From IMG/VR virus record IMGVR_UViG_3300025083_000025, positions 1 through 60,040 of that record: DNA of 60,040 nucleotides; one strand, 5' to 3'. This DNA is from a virus (lineage: Duplodnaviria > Caudoviricetes). Positions 8,513-16,673 of the stretch are shown in pieces (positions within the stretch are counted from its first letter, which is position 1; each line of letters starts with the position of its first letter). Under the pieces are notes generated by a model. That model had not been told where the DNA came from, searched no databases, and saw only the letters and a program-made list of their open reading frames with translations. The position numbers were made by a program, and so were the translations under genes.

Positions 8513-9220
8513 TTAATGTTGTAGAATCTTCACGTCCTTCGTGCCCTTACCTAACAGCCCACTGCATAGCCCACATTTAGCGCAATTGCTCTTGTAGTCC
8601 ATCTCTTTAGATGCTGGGCAACTCACAGCCTTCTCAGTACCTATGGTAGTCGCAACGAATGAGCGGTATCCAATAGAACGTGCCTTGCTTTGCTCCTTCT
8701 CGTCATGTGTTGACGCCATGAACCACTTACCAAAATCATTGGCCCATTTTTTCTCCCATTGGTGTGTATACCCCGTCCAGCCGTCAGCAACCCATGTAAT
8801 CGATTCAACCAATGCCTTAGGCAACAGCGACGGTTCTCCATACGTCCCGAACCTTACATATGTATTGTAGGACATCTTCAAGATTTCATCTTGTTTCGAT
8901 CGATTCAAAGGCGTAAGGTCTTGATAGGATATGCTTCTAAGCATAGATAGAAAACCAACGTACTGATTAAACTTGTGAGTATAACACCCCCCGTTTCCAT
9001 TTCCTACGGAAAACGGGCAGTCCAAACAATTGGAGCCGTCCAGCGCAAAGAATTTCTTCATACCGAAGCCTTTTGACGTAGACGCTAACACCCACTGCTT
9101 CTCGCTGAAGGTGTACGTTTGAACCAAAGGTTTGCCGTCCGATATCTTGTCATTGGTCGTCTTACCTTTACGTACTACAAAGATGTTTTCACCATCTTTC
9201 CAAACCACTCGATTTTTCAT
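8513..9220 (-). CDS. Cys-rich Gp88-like (radical-SAM-fold-like) protein
   Basis: Motifs CLDCP...GGCY, VRFGTYGEP, TGYTHQW and CPAS...CAKCGLC. Confidence 0.55.
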   Translation of the reverse strand: MKNRVVWKDGENIFVVRKGKTTNDKISDGKPLVQTYTFSEKQWVLASTSKGFGMKKFFALDGSNCLDCPFSVGNGNGGCYTHKFNQYVGFLSMLRSISYQDLTPLNRSKQDEILKMSYNTYVRFGTYGEPSLLPKALVESITWVADGWTGYTHQWEKKWANDFGKWFMASTHDEKEQSKARSIGYRSFVATTIGTEKAVSCPASKEMDYKSNCAKCGLCSGLLGKGTKDVKILQH

Positions 9221-9390
9221 ACGTTTTCAGTGTTTTCTTTATACCAATCGCATAACGTGGCTTTCGCATCTTCGTTAAGGTTATCAAATAACCAGCAAAC
9301 CTCGTCGTACGGAATCATAGATTCAGTGAACAAATAATCAAAGTATGCATCTTTGATTTTCTCGGCGTGAATTAACTTTTTCATAAGCAT
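9217..9390 (-). CDS. Small hypothetical protein (57 aa)
   Basis: Manual translation MLMKKLIHAEKIKDAYFDYLF...; ATGA overlap with 8513..9220. Confidence 0.6.
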   Translation of the reverse strand: MLMKKLIHAEKIKDAYFDYLFTESMIPYDEVCWLFDNLNEDAKATLCDWYKENTENV

Positions 9391-9403
9391 CAATTAAATT
9401 AGG

Positions 9404-9459
9404 GGCTTCCAAAGGATTCGAACCTTTACCAATGCAAAGCATTAGCGACCATCGGAGCC
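9404..9459 (-). ncRNA. tRNA-like structured element 2
   Basis: Canonical T-arm AAAGG-TTCGAAT-CCTTT with a GGCTCC/GGAAGCC acceptor-like stem; only 56 nt long. Confidence 0.55.
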
Positions 9460-9472
9460 AACCACAGCGCAT

Positions 9473-9757
9473 TTACGCTGGTCTTAGGCACATAGTCCCG
9501 GGATTAATCCACTCGAAATACCAACCAGCCCTCTCAGCCCATCTATTAAGATGGTTAACAACACCGAAGGTATAAACCTCCTCACTCGAAGCCAACTCCC
9601 AATAATCAAACAAGGGAATTCCGTTGCGGTCGGTCGTTCCGTCCTCAGCACTCATAACAATGGCCATGTCAGGGCCGTCAACCCACATATCCTCATGGAT
9701 AGTGAGTGAAGGGTAGGTACTACCCAAAATTGAAAGCATTTTTGCTCGTGTTCTCAT
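9473..9757 (-). CDS. Hypothetical phage protein
   Basis: Motif LFDYW...YTFGV...GWYFEWINPGT; directly downstream of a promoter. Confidence 0.7.
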   Translation of the reverse strand: MRTRAKMLSILGSTYPSLTIHEDMWVDGPDMAIVMSAEDGTTDRNGIPLFDYWELASSEEVYTFGVVNHLNRWAERAGWYFEWINPGTMCLRPA

Positions 9758-9783
9758 AGTCGAAATTTGTTTGTTTGACGTTG

Positions 9784-9829
9784 CAAATGAACGGCGACAT
9801 TTACTGATCCTTAGTTAATGAAATGTTAA
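9784..9829 (-). promoter_or_regulatory. Early promoter: TTAAC-N6-TTAAC box + -7 variant
   Basis: TTAACATTTCATTAAC (9829-9814), 22 nt, TTCATTTG (9791-9784). Confidence 0.7.
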
Positions 9830-10024
9830 AGCCGTTAAATTAATTTTCACCCCTTTAGGGGTATTCATCGGATTATCTCTCGTATGCTCCCTACGTCGAT
9901 TGTGCCGTAGGTCTTATGCACTCTTACAAGGTAACGCTGGGCCTCAAGCCATACTTTATGGCTCGAGGGTGTACAGCCTTCATAGACCTTAACAGCGTTA
10001 GATATTCTATCTAATTCGTTCATA

Positions 10025-10366
10025 CTAAAATTGTGTAACAATTAAACCAGCACTGCAAAAGTCCTCGCCATAGAATTGTGGGAATTCCTTTAGGAAGTCA
10101 ACCCAATGAGGATTGGGTACAGCAACTACGTTGCAGTAGTCCATAAGGTGTTCAAAACTCTCAATGTCTGGGTAGTCCTCTTGTACGGCCTTTAGGCTTT
10201 CGTACTCCGTATACTCACAACGGATAGCGATTGGGTCGAAGTCTATTTCATAGCCCATATCTTCCTCGAGTTCTTCGAAGTATTCGAATAAGGCACTCAA
10301 GCCTTCATAAGAAAAGTGGCCCTTTAGGGCGTCTTGAAATTCATAGGTATTAACTGAAGTTTTCAT
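10025..10366 (-). CDS. Highly acidic early protein (possible DNA mimic)
   Basis: FSYEGLSALFEYFEELEEDMGYEIDFDPIAIRCEYTEY; function inferred only from charge and position. Confidence 0.6.
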   Translation of the reverse strand: MKTSVNTYEFQDALKGHFSYEGLSALFEYFEELEEDMGYEIDFDPIAIRCEYTEYESLKAVQEDYPDIESFEHLMDYCNVVAVPNPHWVDFLKEFPQFYGEDFCSAGLIVTQF

Positions 10367-10407
10367 AAATGAAAAGGGTTTGTGCCCCCCGAAGGGGGCT
10401 GGTTAAA

Positions 10408-10680
10408 TTATAGTGTTTGTGATTTTCTCTTATCGTTGTGTAACAACGGAAGGTATAAGCCATGGTAACGGCCTCCCTTGTGCACAAATGCTCCGTCAGG
10501 TGTTCCGAAGGAATCCCACATGGGGTGCTCCTCCTCGTCGTAGACGTCCCACAAGAACATCTCTTTGCCGTAGGCATTAATCGTTGGGTAGAAATTGCTC
10601 CAGCCATTCATTGAAGCCTCAAGGCTTACTCGTTGGCCATGATTACGCTGATTCATGCGCTCTAATTGAATTTTGTCCAT
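10408..10680 (-). CDS. Hypothetical protein
   Basis: Tandem ORF followed by a GCCCCC-TTCG-GGGGGC hairpin at about 10384-10399. Confidence 0.6.
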   Translation of the reverse strand: MDKIQLERMNQRNHGQRVSLEASMNGWSNFYPTINAYGKEMFLWDVYDEEEHPMWDSFGTPDGAFVHKGGRYHGLYLPLLHNDKRKSQTL

Positions 10681-10692
10681 GTTAAACGTAGT

Positions 10693-11052
10693 TTAAAGGG
10701 TTACATTTGTTGGGTAGTAATCTCGTGCTTTCCAGTCAGCCAATATCTCTTTTTTATATGCTTTGCATATAACACTCAAGTGGTGCTTCAATGCTGGTAA
10801 GCCATTAATATCGCAGTCAACTTTGTTGACGTTGTAGCGTTTCTCAAATCCGTAGGAATAACGGGTTTTGTTGGCCTCTAATATGTAAACATATTGGTTC
10901 TTGTTGCCTCCTATTGTGATATCTTCGATATCCACGTTGTAGGGCCATGTACCGCCGTCATACGTTTGAGGTACAATTCCTTCGGAATACTGGTTGGCGA
11001 TTTCGATTAAGGCTTTAGCCTTGTTGATTTGATTTAGCGTTGCTTTTTTCAT
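10693..11052 (-). CDS. Hypothetical protein
   Basis: Tandem ORF flanked by identical 14-bp spacers. Confidence 0.7.
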   Translation of the reverse strand: MKKATLNQINKAKALIEIANQYSEGIVPQTYDGGTWPYNVDIEDITIGGNKNQYVYILEANKTRYSYGFEKRYNVNKVDCDINGLPALKHHLSVICKAYKKEILADWKARDYYPTNVTL

Positions 11053-11064
11053 CTTAAACGTAGT

Positions 11065-11280
11065 TTACTTGTTAATTTCATATTGTGCTCTAACCAGTCC
11101 CTTCCACATAGGGTCACTAAGTGACCGATACGCTGAAGTGAGTGATGCCGTGATAAATCCTACGGATTCGTAGGCTTCAGTTTCGAGGAAGTCCTCGTAG
11201 AGGGTAATAACCCAATTCCGACCGAATCGGTTTTCCAATGCTTTCAGCATTTCATGTGTTGATGTGATGTGTTTAGCCAT
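11065..11280 (-). CDS. Hypothetical protein (first early gene)
   Basis: Directly downstream of the promoter at 11304-11350. Confidence 0.65.
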   Translation of the reverse strand: MAKHITSTHEMLKALENRFGRNWVITLYEDFLETEAYESVGFITASLTSAYRSLSDPMWKGLVRAQYEINK

Positions 11281-11303
11281 CTCGTTTTCGTTTTGGTTCG
11301 GGG

Positions 11304-11350
11304 CAAATCTACGGCGGTCTCGACCAGATCTTGTGTTAACGAAAAGTTAA
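11304..11350 (-). promoter_or_regulatory. Early promoter: TTAAC-N6-TTAAC box + -7 element
   Basis: TTAACTTTTCGTTAAC (11350-11335), 23 nt, TAGATTTG (11311-11304). Confidence 0.7.
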
Positions 11351-11354
11351 TCTA

Positions 11355-11745
11355 TGGTGCGCGCATAATGCACACGATAGACAACAACAAGGTCGGTGTT
11401 ATAACATCGGTTTAGAATCGGCTTCTACGAAGCAACACATGTGCCCGCCGTTTAAAACCACGGGGCAATGCGCCTCCCCTTTCAGGGGTTCACATGTTGC
11501 CGTGGGGGTGGGCTTGTGTTTCGGGGGGTAATTGTTCCCTCCCCCTTTACAAGGGGGCCTGGGAATCGCTGGGCTGTGGCCTCCTCCCCTAACCTCCTCC
11601 TCCCGAAGGGAGGGCACTGGTCAAGGGCAGTAAAGCCCAAAATCCTTGCAGGATTCACACGCGCGTTGACCCCCATGGGGTCAGAGAATCGGTTTCGGCT
11701 TTCGCGCGCGGACGTGTACATATATATATAATCCCCGCCCTGAAC
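11355..11745. other. GC-rich, hairpin-dense non-coding region (candidate terminus/packaging/origin region)
   Basis: Many short inverted repeats (e.g. TGACCCC-CAT-GGGGTCA, AATCCT-TGC-AGGATT, CCTCCC-GAA-GGGAGG) followed by a TATATATATA run. Confidence 0.5.
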
Positions 11746-11749
11746 ATGA

Positions 11750-12062
11750 CTCAATAGATTTTGCGGGTTGTAACGCGTTGGAGATTGATCGCTTTGGATA
11801 TTCTTTGTCAGCGAATTTATGCGCTCATAGGGATGCAGTAATAACGTCACCGATCGCGAGACGATGGTAACTATTACCGCTGTAATGAATGTTTGTTCTT
11901 TGGGAAAAATTTGAGCAAAGATATGGCCCCTTTGCAACGGAGTGAATCTGTGTGGAGGTTGCTCACTCGCTGAATCAAGTGTCTCACAAATCACTGCTGT
12001 TTCTTCTTGTCGCTATGCTAAAGAAACTTACAGTTCTTGCTCAATAGAACCTCATACTGATG
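11750..12062 (-). ncRNA. Candidate structured non-coding RNA (~300 nt)
   Basis: Upstream TTGACT...TAACTTCG promoter-like sequence (12096-12066), successive hairpins, no credible ORF. Confidence 0.4.
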
Positions 12063-12112
12063 GTACGAAGTTAGGCTAAAAAAATGAGAAAGTCAATAGT
12101 AGTAAATACCCA

Positions 12113-12565
12113 TTATGCAAAGTCTTCGTATGTGATCCATACTTCTCTTCCATCGAGTAACTCGTTTGATATCTTAGGGTATATATGTTGATATGCGTAT
12201 GTGCTCTTGCCTATTGTTCCCTTCATATCTGCGGCGTTCCCGACGAGTAAACATCCTGCGGTGTGCTCATCGGTATTACCGATATGTATAAGGATGTATT
12301 CAAACCCAGGTACGTTTCTTACCCAAAGCATACCATTGTGCATTTTCGGAAACTTGTCTTTGTATCTGTTGTGGAATCCTCCCACTGTTCGCAGTGTTAT
12401 GCGATAGGTGCCGGCGGGTATGCGTGTCTCGCCCATTACCTTTTCATCTCTATGTTCATCTTCAAGAGTAAAACAGAGAAACTCTCTACCTTCTTTACTT
12501 TCTGAGTACAGTGCTCCAATGGTAAAATCATCTTGGCTGTACATTCTTATTACACGTAGTTCCAT
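12113..12565 (-). CDS. DUF5675-family protein (possible cell-wall peptidase/endolysin)
   Basis: Motifs TIGAL, TLED, ETRIPAGTY and ILIHIGNT..HTAGCLLVG; start re-set to MELRVIR. Confidence 0.75.
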   Translation of the reverse strand: MELRVIRMYSQDDFTIGALYSESKEGREFLCFTLEDEHRDEKVMGETRIPAGTYRITLRTVGGFHNRYKDKFPKMHNGMLWVRNVPGFEYILIHIGNTDEHTAGCLLVGNAADMKGTIGKSTYAYQHIYPKISNELLDGREVWITYEDFA

Positions 12566-12570
12566 ATGAT

Positions 12571-12587
12571 CAAAGATACTATATTTG
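12571..12587. promoter_or_regulatory. Back-to-back divergent -7 elements
   Basis: CAAAGATA-C-TATATTTG reads TATCTTTG on minus and TATATTTG on plus, each within 5 nt of an ATG. Confidence 0.6.
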
Positions 12588-12590
12588 TGT

Positions 12591-13190
12591 ATGGCAAAAT
12601 CAGAGTTAGAGAAGATATACAGAACAGAGTTGATCCATCCTGATCCTCGTGGGACCATGTTGACTGACAAGGGGAGTCATCATTCTTATATACAAAACTA
12701 TTACAGCAAAGAGTTTACAGACAGGGAGGGTGTATCTAATATTCTTGAGTTGGGTGTGATGTCTGGCGGCAGTGTTATGTTATGGCACAAGTGGTTTACT
12801 AATGCTGTTATTGAGGGTGTGGACATATGGGATGAAACTATTTCTAACTTCAAGGAGATGTCAGGAGATACAGCGTACCCTCGTGCGAAACTCTATGAGA
12901 TGGATGGCTATACTGCTGATGCTGTTAATTGTTTCGATGACGACAAGTATGATTACATCATTGACGACGGTCCGCATAGTTTGATGTCTCAGGTATATTG
13001 TATAGAAAACTATCTATGTAAGTTGAAGCCTGGAGGTAAGATGATCATTGAGGATGTCCAGGATCTAAAATGGATACCAACTTTGGTGAAGGCTATAGAC
13101 CCAGAACTTGCAGTTGAATTTTGTACCTTTGACTTCAGTAAAATATCCAACGTAAGTGACGATATCATTTTTGAAATAACACGACAATGA
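12591..13190 (+). CDS. Class I SAM-dependent (sugar O-methyltransferase-like) methyltransferase
   Basis: Motifs TDKG..HSY, ILELGV..GGS, GVDI, YDYIIDDGPH and LKPGGKMIIEDV. Confidence 0.85.
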   Translation: MAKSELEKIYRTELIHPDPRGTMLTDKGSHHSYIQNYYSKEFTDREGVSNILELGVMSGGSVMLWHKWFTNAVIEGVDIWDETISNFKEMSGDTAYPRAKLYEMDGYTADAVNCFDDDKYDYIIDDGPHSLMSQVYCIENYLCKLKPGGKMIIEDVQDLKWIPTLVKAIDPELAVEFCTFDFSKISNVSDDIIFEITRQ

Positions 13191-13444
13191 AAAAGATGTA
13201 CAGAGCCGGTGGTCAAAATGTACCACAAGAGAAGCCAAAGAAGAAAGTGTACGGACCGCCAAAGCCACCGGGCTATAGAAAGTCTACGAAGGAAGAGGAT
13301 AGAGAGCGTGCTGGAGAAAAAGCATACCTCAAACTACGAGAACAAGTTGACCGTGAGGTAAGACAGATGCGTAAAGATGGTGCTACTGAAGAGCAGATCA
13401 ATCGCCATGCAAATAAAGTACTCAGCACTTTAGGTCGCTATTAG
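13187..13444 (+). CDS. Small basic protein (possible virion/core protein)
   Basis: K/R-rich; begins MKKMYRAGG. Confidence 0.65.
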   Translation: MKKMYRAGGQNVPQEKPKKKVYGPPKPPGYRKSTKEEDRERAGEKAYLKLREQVDREVRQMRKDGATEEQINRHANKVLSTLGRY

Positions 13445-13454
13445 ATTCCAGGAC

Positions 13455-14483
13455 ATGAAGTATAGAGGCGATCAGGTAGACCCAAGGAAAAAGAAATATA
13501 CCTCTTATGTTCAGAAAGCACGTACTATGCGTCCATTCACTATGAACGAAGAAGGATCAGATCCGAGTACGGTAAGGATGTCTACAGAGACCTTTGATGG
13601 AGAGAACTGGGTTTCATTCCCCACTATTTTTCCAAAGGAGGGCAACACTGATAGCAGCGACCCACAGGACTGGATTATATATGATTCACCAGAAGAGGCG
13701 TTTAAAGAAGCACAGGAAAGGGGTGAGGTATTTGATTTTGGATCAGACAAAGAAAGTGCTTTGATGTTTGGAGAAGGAGCGTGGAAGCCCAATGAGTTTA
13801 AGGACATGCCTCGTGGTAGAACCAAAACATATCGTGCACCATTCCCATTTAGAAAACGATTTGAAGAGGGTGGTCGTTCTGTTAACTATGTTTCAAATTA
13901 CATTCCTGATCCCTTAGCAACAGGTGATGTTTCTACTACCACCACTTCAGGTACTTATACTTCGGATTCCAAATTTTTTGATGGGAAAGATGGAGAGGTT
14001 ACTGATCCGGAAGGTGATCTTGGAGAGATTCAACAAGCACTATTAGATAAGTTCTCCAGAGATCGTACAGGTAATTCCGATACCGGGTACTATGATTATA
14101 ATACAGATAGAACGTACAGAGGTTCAGCAACCGGAAAGAAAGGGGACGCATATCCCAATCGTATTAAGACTGGATTTAAACAGGGTTATGACTACTCTCC
14201 TAACATAGGTATAAAGAACCTGCAAATAAAACGCAGTTCTAATCCATTTGAAGCATTGATCCAACTAAAAACTAAAAACATTCTTGCTCCAGACCCTGTT
14301 CAGCCAAAGATGGTTGACCCTTTGTATAAGATATACGACAGAAAGTTAAACAGCCAGACAGGAGAGTATGTTTATAACACCAATAAAGGTGAAGTAAGAA
14401 AACAAAGAGGTTCGGAAGACTCACAATTTATCTCTCAGAACCGTGAGGCGTTTAATGAGATGCGTAAAAAATATAGACGATGA
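13455..14483 (+). CDS. Hypothetical protein
   Basis: 342-aa ORF with an internal FEEGG motif. Confidence 0.7.
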   Translation: MKYRGDQVDPRKKKYTSYVQKARTMRPFTMNEEGSDPSTVRMSTETFDGENWVSFPTIFPKEGNTDSSDPQDWIIYDSPEEAFKEAQERGEVFDFGSDKESALMFGEGAWKPNEFKDMPRGRTKTYRAPFPFRKRFEEGGRSVNYVSNYIPDPLATGDVSTTTTSGTYTSDSKFFDGKDGEVTDPEGDLGEIQQALLDKFSRDRTGNSDTGYYDYNTDRTYRGSATGKKGDAYPNRIKTGFKQGYDYSPNIGIKNLQIKRSSNPFEALIQLKTKNILAPDPVQPKMVDPLYKIYDRKLNSQTGEYVYNTNKGEVRKQRGSEDSQFISQNREAFNEMRKKYRR

Positions 14484-14686
14484 AACTAAAGAAAACAACT
14501 AAATCTGTAAAGGTCTCAGCGCCAAAGGGTTATCACTGGATGACAGAAGGAGGCCGTCATTTCTTGATGAAAGGTGACTACAAACCACATAAAGGTGCTT
14601 CAGCCGAGGCGCCATTTAGAATTGTAACACACGATAAAGGAAAAAGCAATCCAGCAATGGATGCCGCACGCAAGGCTAAGGGTTAA
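14480..14686 (+). CDS. Small basic phage protein
   Basis: Motif VSAPKGYHWM...LMKGDYKPHKGA. Confidence 0.7.
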   Translation: MKLKKTTKSVKVSAPKGYHWMTEGGRHFLMKGDYKPHKGASAEAPFRIVTHDKGKSNPAMDAARKAKG

Positions 14687-15116
14687 ACTCCTCCTCTCCA
14701 CCCATCTTGCGGTAAAGGCGGGCTACTATTAGCCGGCCTTTTTGCGTTAAGGCGTATCGTACTGCATAGTTATACTTAGTCTCTTCTCTGAATATATGAT
14801 CTTCTATGTTCTGACTGGGAGTTAGTTTATCAAAGTGCTTGTATATGTAGCCTTTACTCTTTAGTGTCCATATAAAATCCTTCCGCATTTGCGCTTCACT
14901 CTTCTGCATTTTAGTTGCAACGTAGTTTATCGTCCAGAATTCAAGATCATAAACAAACAAAATGAAATCTACTTCAGGCCTGGTTAGACTATAGTTGTTC
15001 TTAGCGTCTCTGTATAGGTATGTAAGATTCTTTAAATAGTTTTCTTTGACAAACTTTTTGTTTATCTTAGAGAATTCACGAAATCTTTTTTTTCGGTCGA
15101 CCCTACTTTTAGGCAT
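14676..15116 (-). CDS. Winged-helix (MarR-like) DNA-binding protein
   Basis: LTRPEVDFILF...LKSKGYI...YALTQKGR; start re-set to MPKSRV. Confidence 0.6.
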   Translation of the reverse strand: MPKSRVDRKKRFREFSKINKKFVKENYLKNLTYLYRDAKNNYSLTRPEVDFILFVYDLEFWTINYVATKMQKSEAQMRKDFIWTLKSKGYIYKHFDKLTPSQNIEDHIFREETKYNYAVRYALTQKGRLIVARLYRKMGGEEEFNP

Positions 15117-15148
15117 ATCAGTATCTTTGCTACTACAAACATAATCAT

Positions 15149-16123
15149 ATGGCATCACTTAGCGGAAATAAAATAAAGGATACATTTAACCTACTACTGA
15201 AACTTCAGTCTTCAGAGGCATCAGCCACTGAGCAGGTCGTTGAAGATGGAGCAGGTAACGATACAGCGTTAAAGATATCTACAGATACAGTAGAGACCAC
15301 AGGGTCCCTTAAAATATCTGGTACACCATCTACATCCACTTCAAATACTACGGCCCTCATGCTTGATGGTAGTGGCGTTGTTGTAACACGTAACCTCAGC
15401 ACCAGTCCAATTGGTACTGCATCGATCACAGCAAATACCCCACTGTCTGCAACAGGAAGCATTATTGAGTTAAAAGACCCAGCGCTACTAAGTCAAATCA
15501 CTCAGCCAGCAAATAACGATAAGTATCTAATCTGGGACGAAAGCGCAAGTGCTTATAAATATATTGAGCAATCAGATTTAGCAACAGCAGTAGGTAATTC
15601 TATAACCGCTGGAACATCAACAGTAGGTATCATGTATGCTCGTGCAGGGGCAACTCAACAAATGAGTTCCACACAGGCTAACACGCTTGTTCAGTACGCA
15701 GAGATATACGAAGATTCTGGAACCACTGGAACTACAGCAACTGGGAGTTCAGTATGGTTTGGTACACTGGCCAATGGTGGAGGCGCCCCTGGTTTGAGTA
15801 TCGGTACATTTGGTGATCCAAGAGATTCTGTTTTAATCAATGAGGTTGAAGGATGGTTTAGAATAACAGGCACGATTTCAGTAATACTAACCGCGAGTGC
15901 TTCCTTTAGTATAGCAGTTGATGCTTCAACCATTCGGAATATAACCGTATCGTCAGACCCAGGTAAAATAAGTACATTTACTCTTGAGGCTCTTTATTAT
16001 TCGGACGGTAATGCCGGTTATAGTGTTAGACTTATAGGTCAAGCCGGCGGGTTAGGAGTTAACGTGTTTTCCGTCAACACATCTCTGGAGGTTGATTACA
16101 TGGGTGATAACGCAACTTTATAA
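15149..16123 (+). CDS. Virion structural/fibre-like protein
   Basis: S/T/G-rich with a C1q/BclA-like beta C-terminus; preceded by TATCTTTG at 15122. Confidence 0.6.
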   Translation: MASLSGNKIKDTFNLLLKLQSSEASATEQVVEDGAGNDTALKISTDTVETTGSLKISGTPSTSTSNTTALMLDGSGVVVTRNLSTSPIGTASITANTPLSATGSIIELKDPALLSQITQPANNDKYLIWDESASAYKYIEQSDLATAVGNSITAGTSTVGIMYARAGATQQMSSTQANTLVQYAEIYEDSGTTGTTATGSSVWFGTLANGGGAPGLSIGTFGDPRDSVLINEVEGWFRITGTISVILTASASFSIAVDASTIRNITVSSDPGKISTFTLEALYYSDGNAGYSVRLIGQAGGLGVNVFSVNTSLEVDYMGDNATL

Positions 16124-16428
16124 TGACAAAACAAGAAAGATTAGAATTCTTCCAGCAGTTAAGATTAAAACTTGACGAGATCGACGACCTTATGGATTCG
16201 TATGGCGGTAAAGAAGAGTTCCTATCTATGTATTGTTTTGGTGCATTTATGCCTGGAGACGAAGATCTTGATACCAATGATAGGTATGAGTTTATGTGTG
16301 GTATGCATATGGCCGCAATAGAGGAATATGAATTAATGACAGATACAGTAGAAGATACTTTCACTAAATATTTACAAGATGAAAGTGACAGAGGGGATTC
16401 CTCTTCAATTGACTACTGGTTAAATTAA
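16123..16428 (+). CDS. Acidic hypothetical protein
   Basis: Translationally coupled ORF. Confidence 0.65.
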   Translation: MTKQERLEFFQQLRLKLDEIDDLMDSYGGKEEFLSMYCFGAFMPGDEDLDTNDRYEFMCGMHMAAIEEYELMTDTVEDTFTKYLQDESDRGDSSSIDYWLN

Positions 16429-16433
16429 ATGAA

Positions 16434-16673
16434 ATGGAACTTATTAGAAAAATCATTATCGGGCAAAACCCGAAAGATGCCATGGCTTACTATGTGGGGC
16501 AGAAGGCAGGAGAGTCAGTAATTGATTCTATCATATTAGACGACAGATGTTTTGTCAAACACGGAATTCGTCGCTATCTTGTATACATCTACAATAAAGA
16601 ACAGGGCATAATGCTTTGGAAAACAGTAGATGATATGCCAGTATTAATTGAACATGATTGTGACTTCGAATGA
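16434..16673 (+). CDS. Hypothetical phage protein upstream of packaging genes
   Basis: MELIRKIIIGQNPKDAMAYYVGQ; coupled to the next gene. Confidence 0.7.
   Translation: MELIRKIIIGQNPKDAMAYYVGQKAGESVIDSIILDDRCFVKHGIRRYLVYIYNKEQGIMLWKTVDDMPVLIEHDCDFE

Noticed and set aside
7251-9459. Canonical tRNA genes
   Set aside because: Both elements lack a proper D-arm/anticodon arm and CCA; kept only as tRNA-like elements.
11399-11994. ORFs 11399..11617, 11468..11731 and 11482..11994
   Set aside because: Atypical composition and mutually overlapping; better explained by a GC-rich structured non-coding region.
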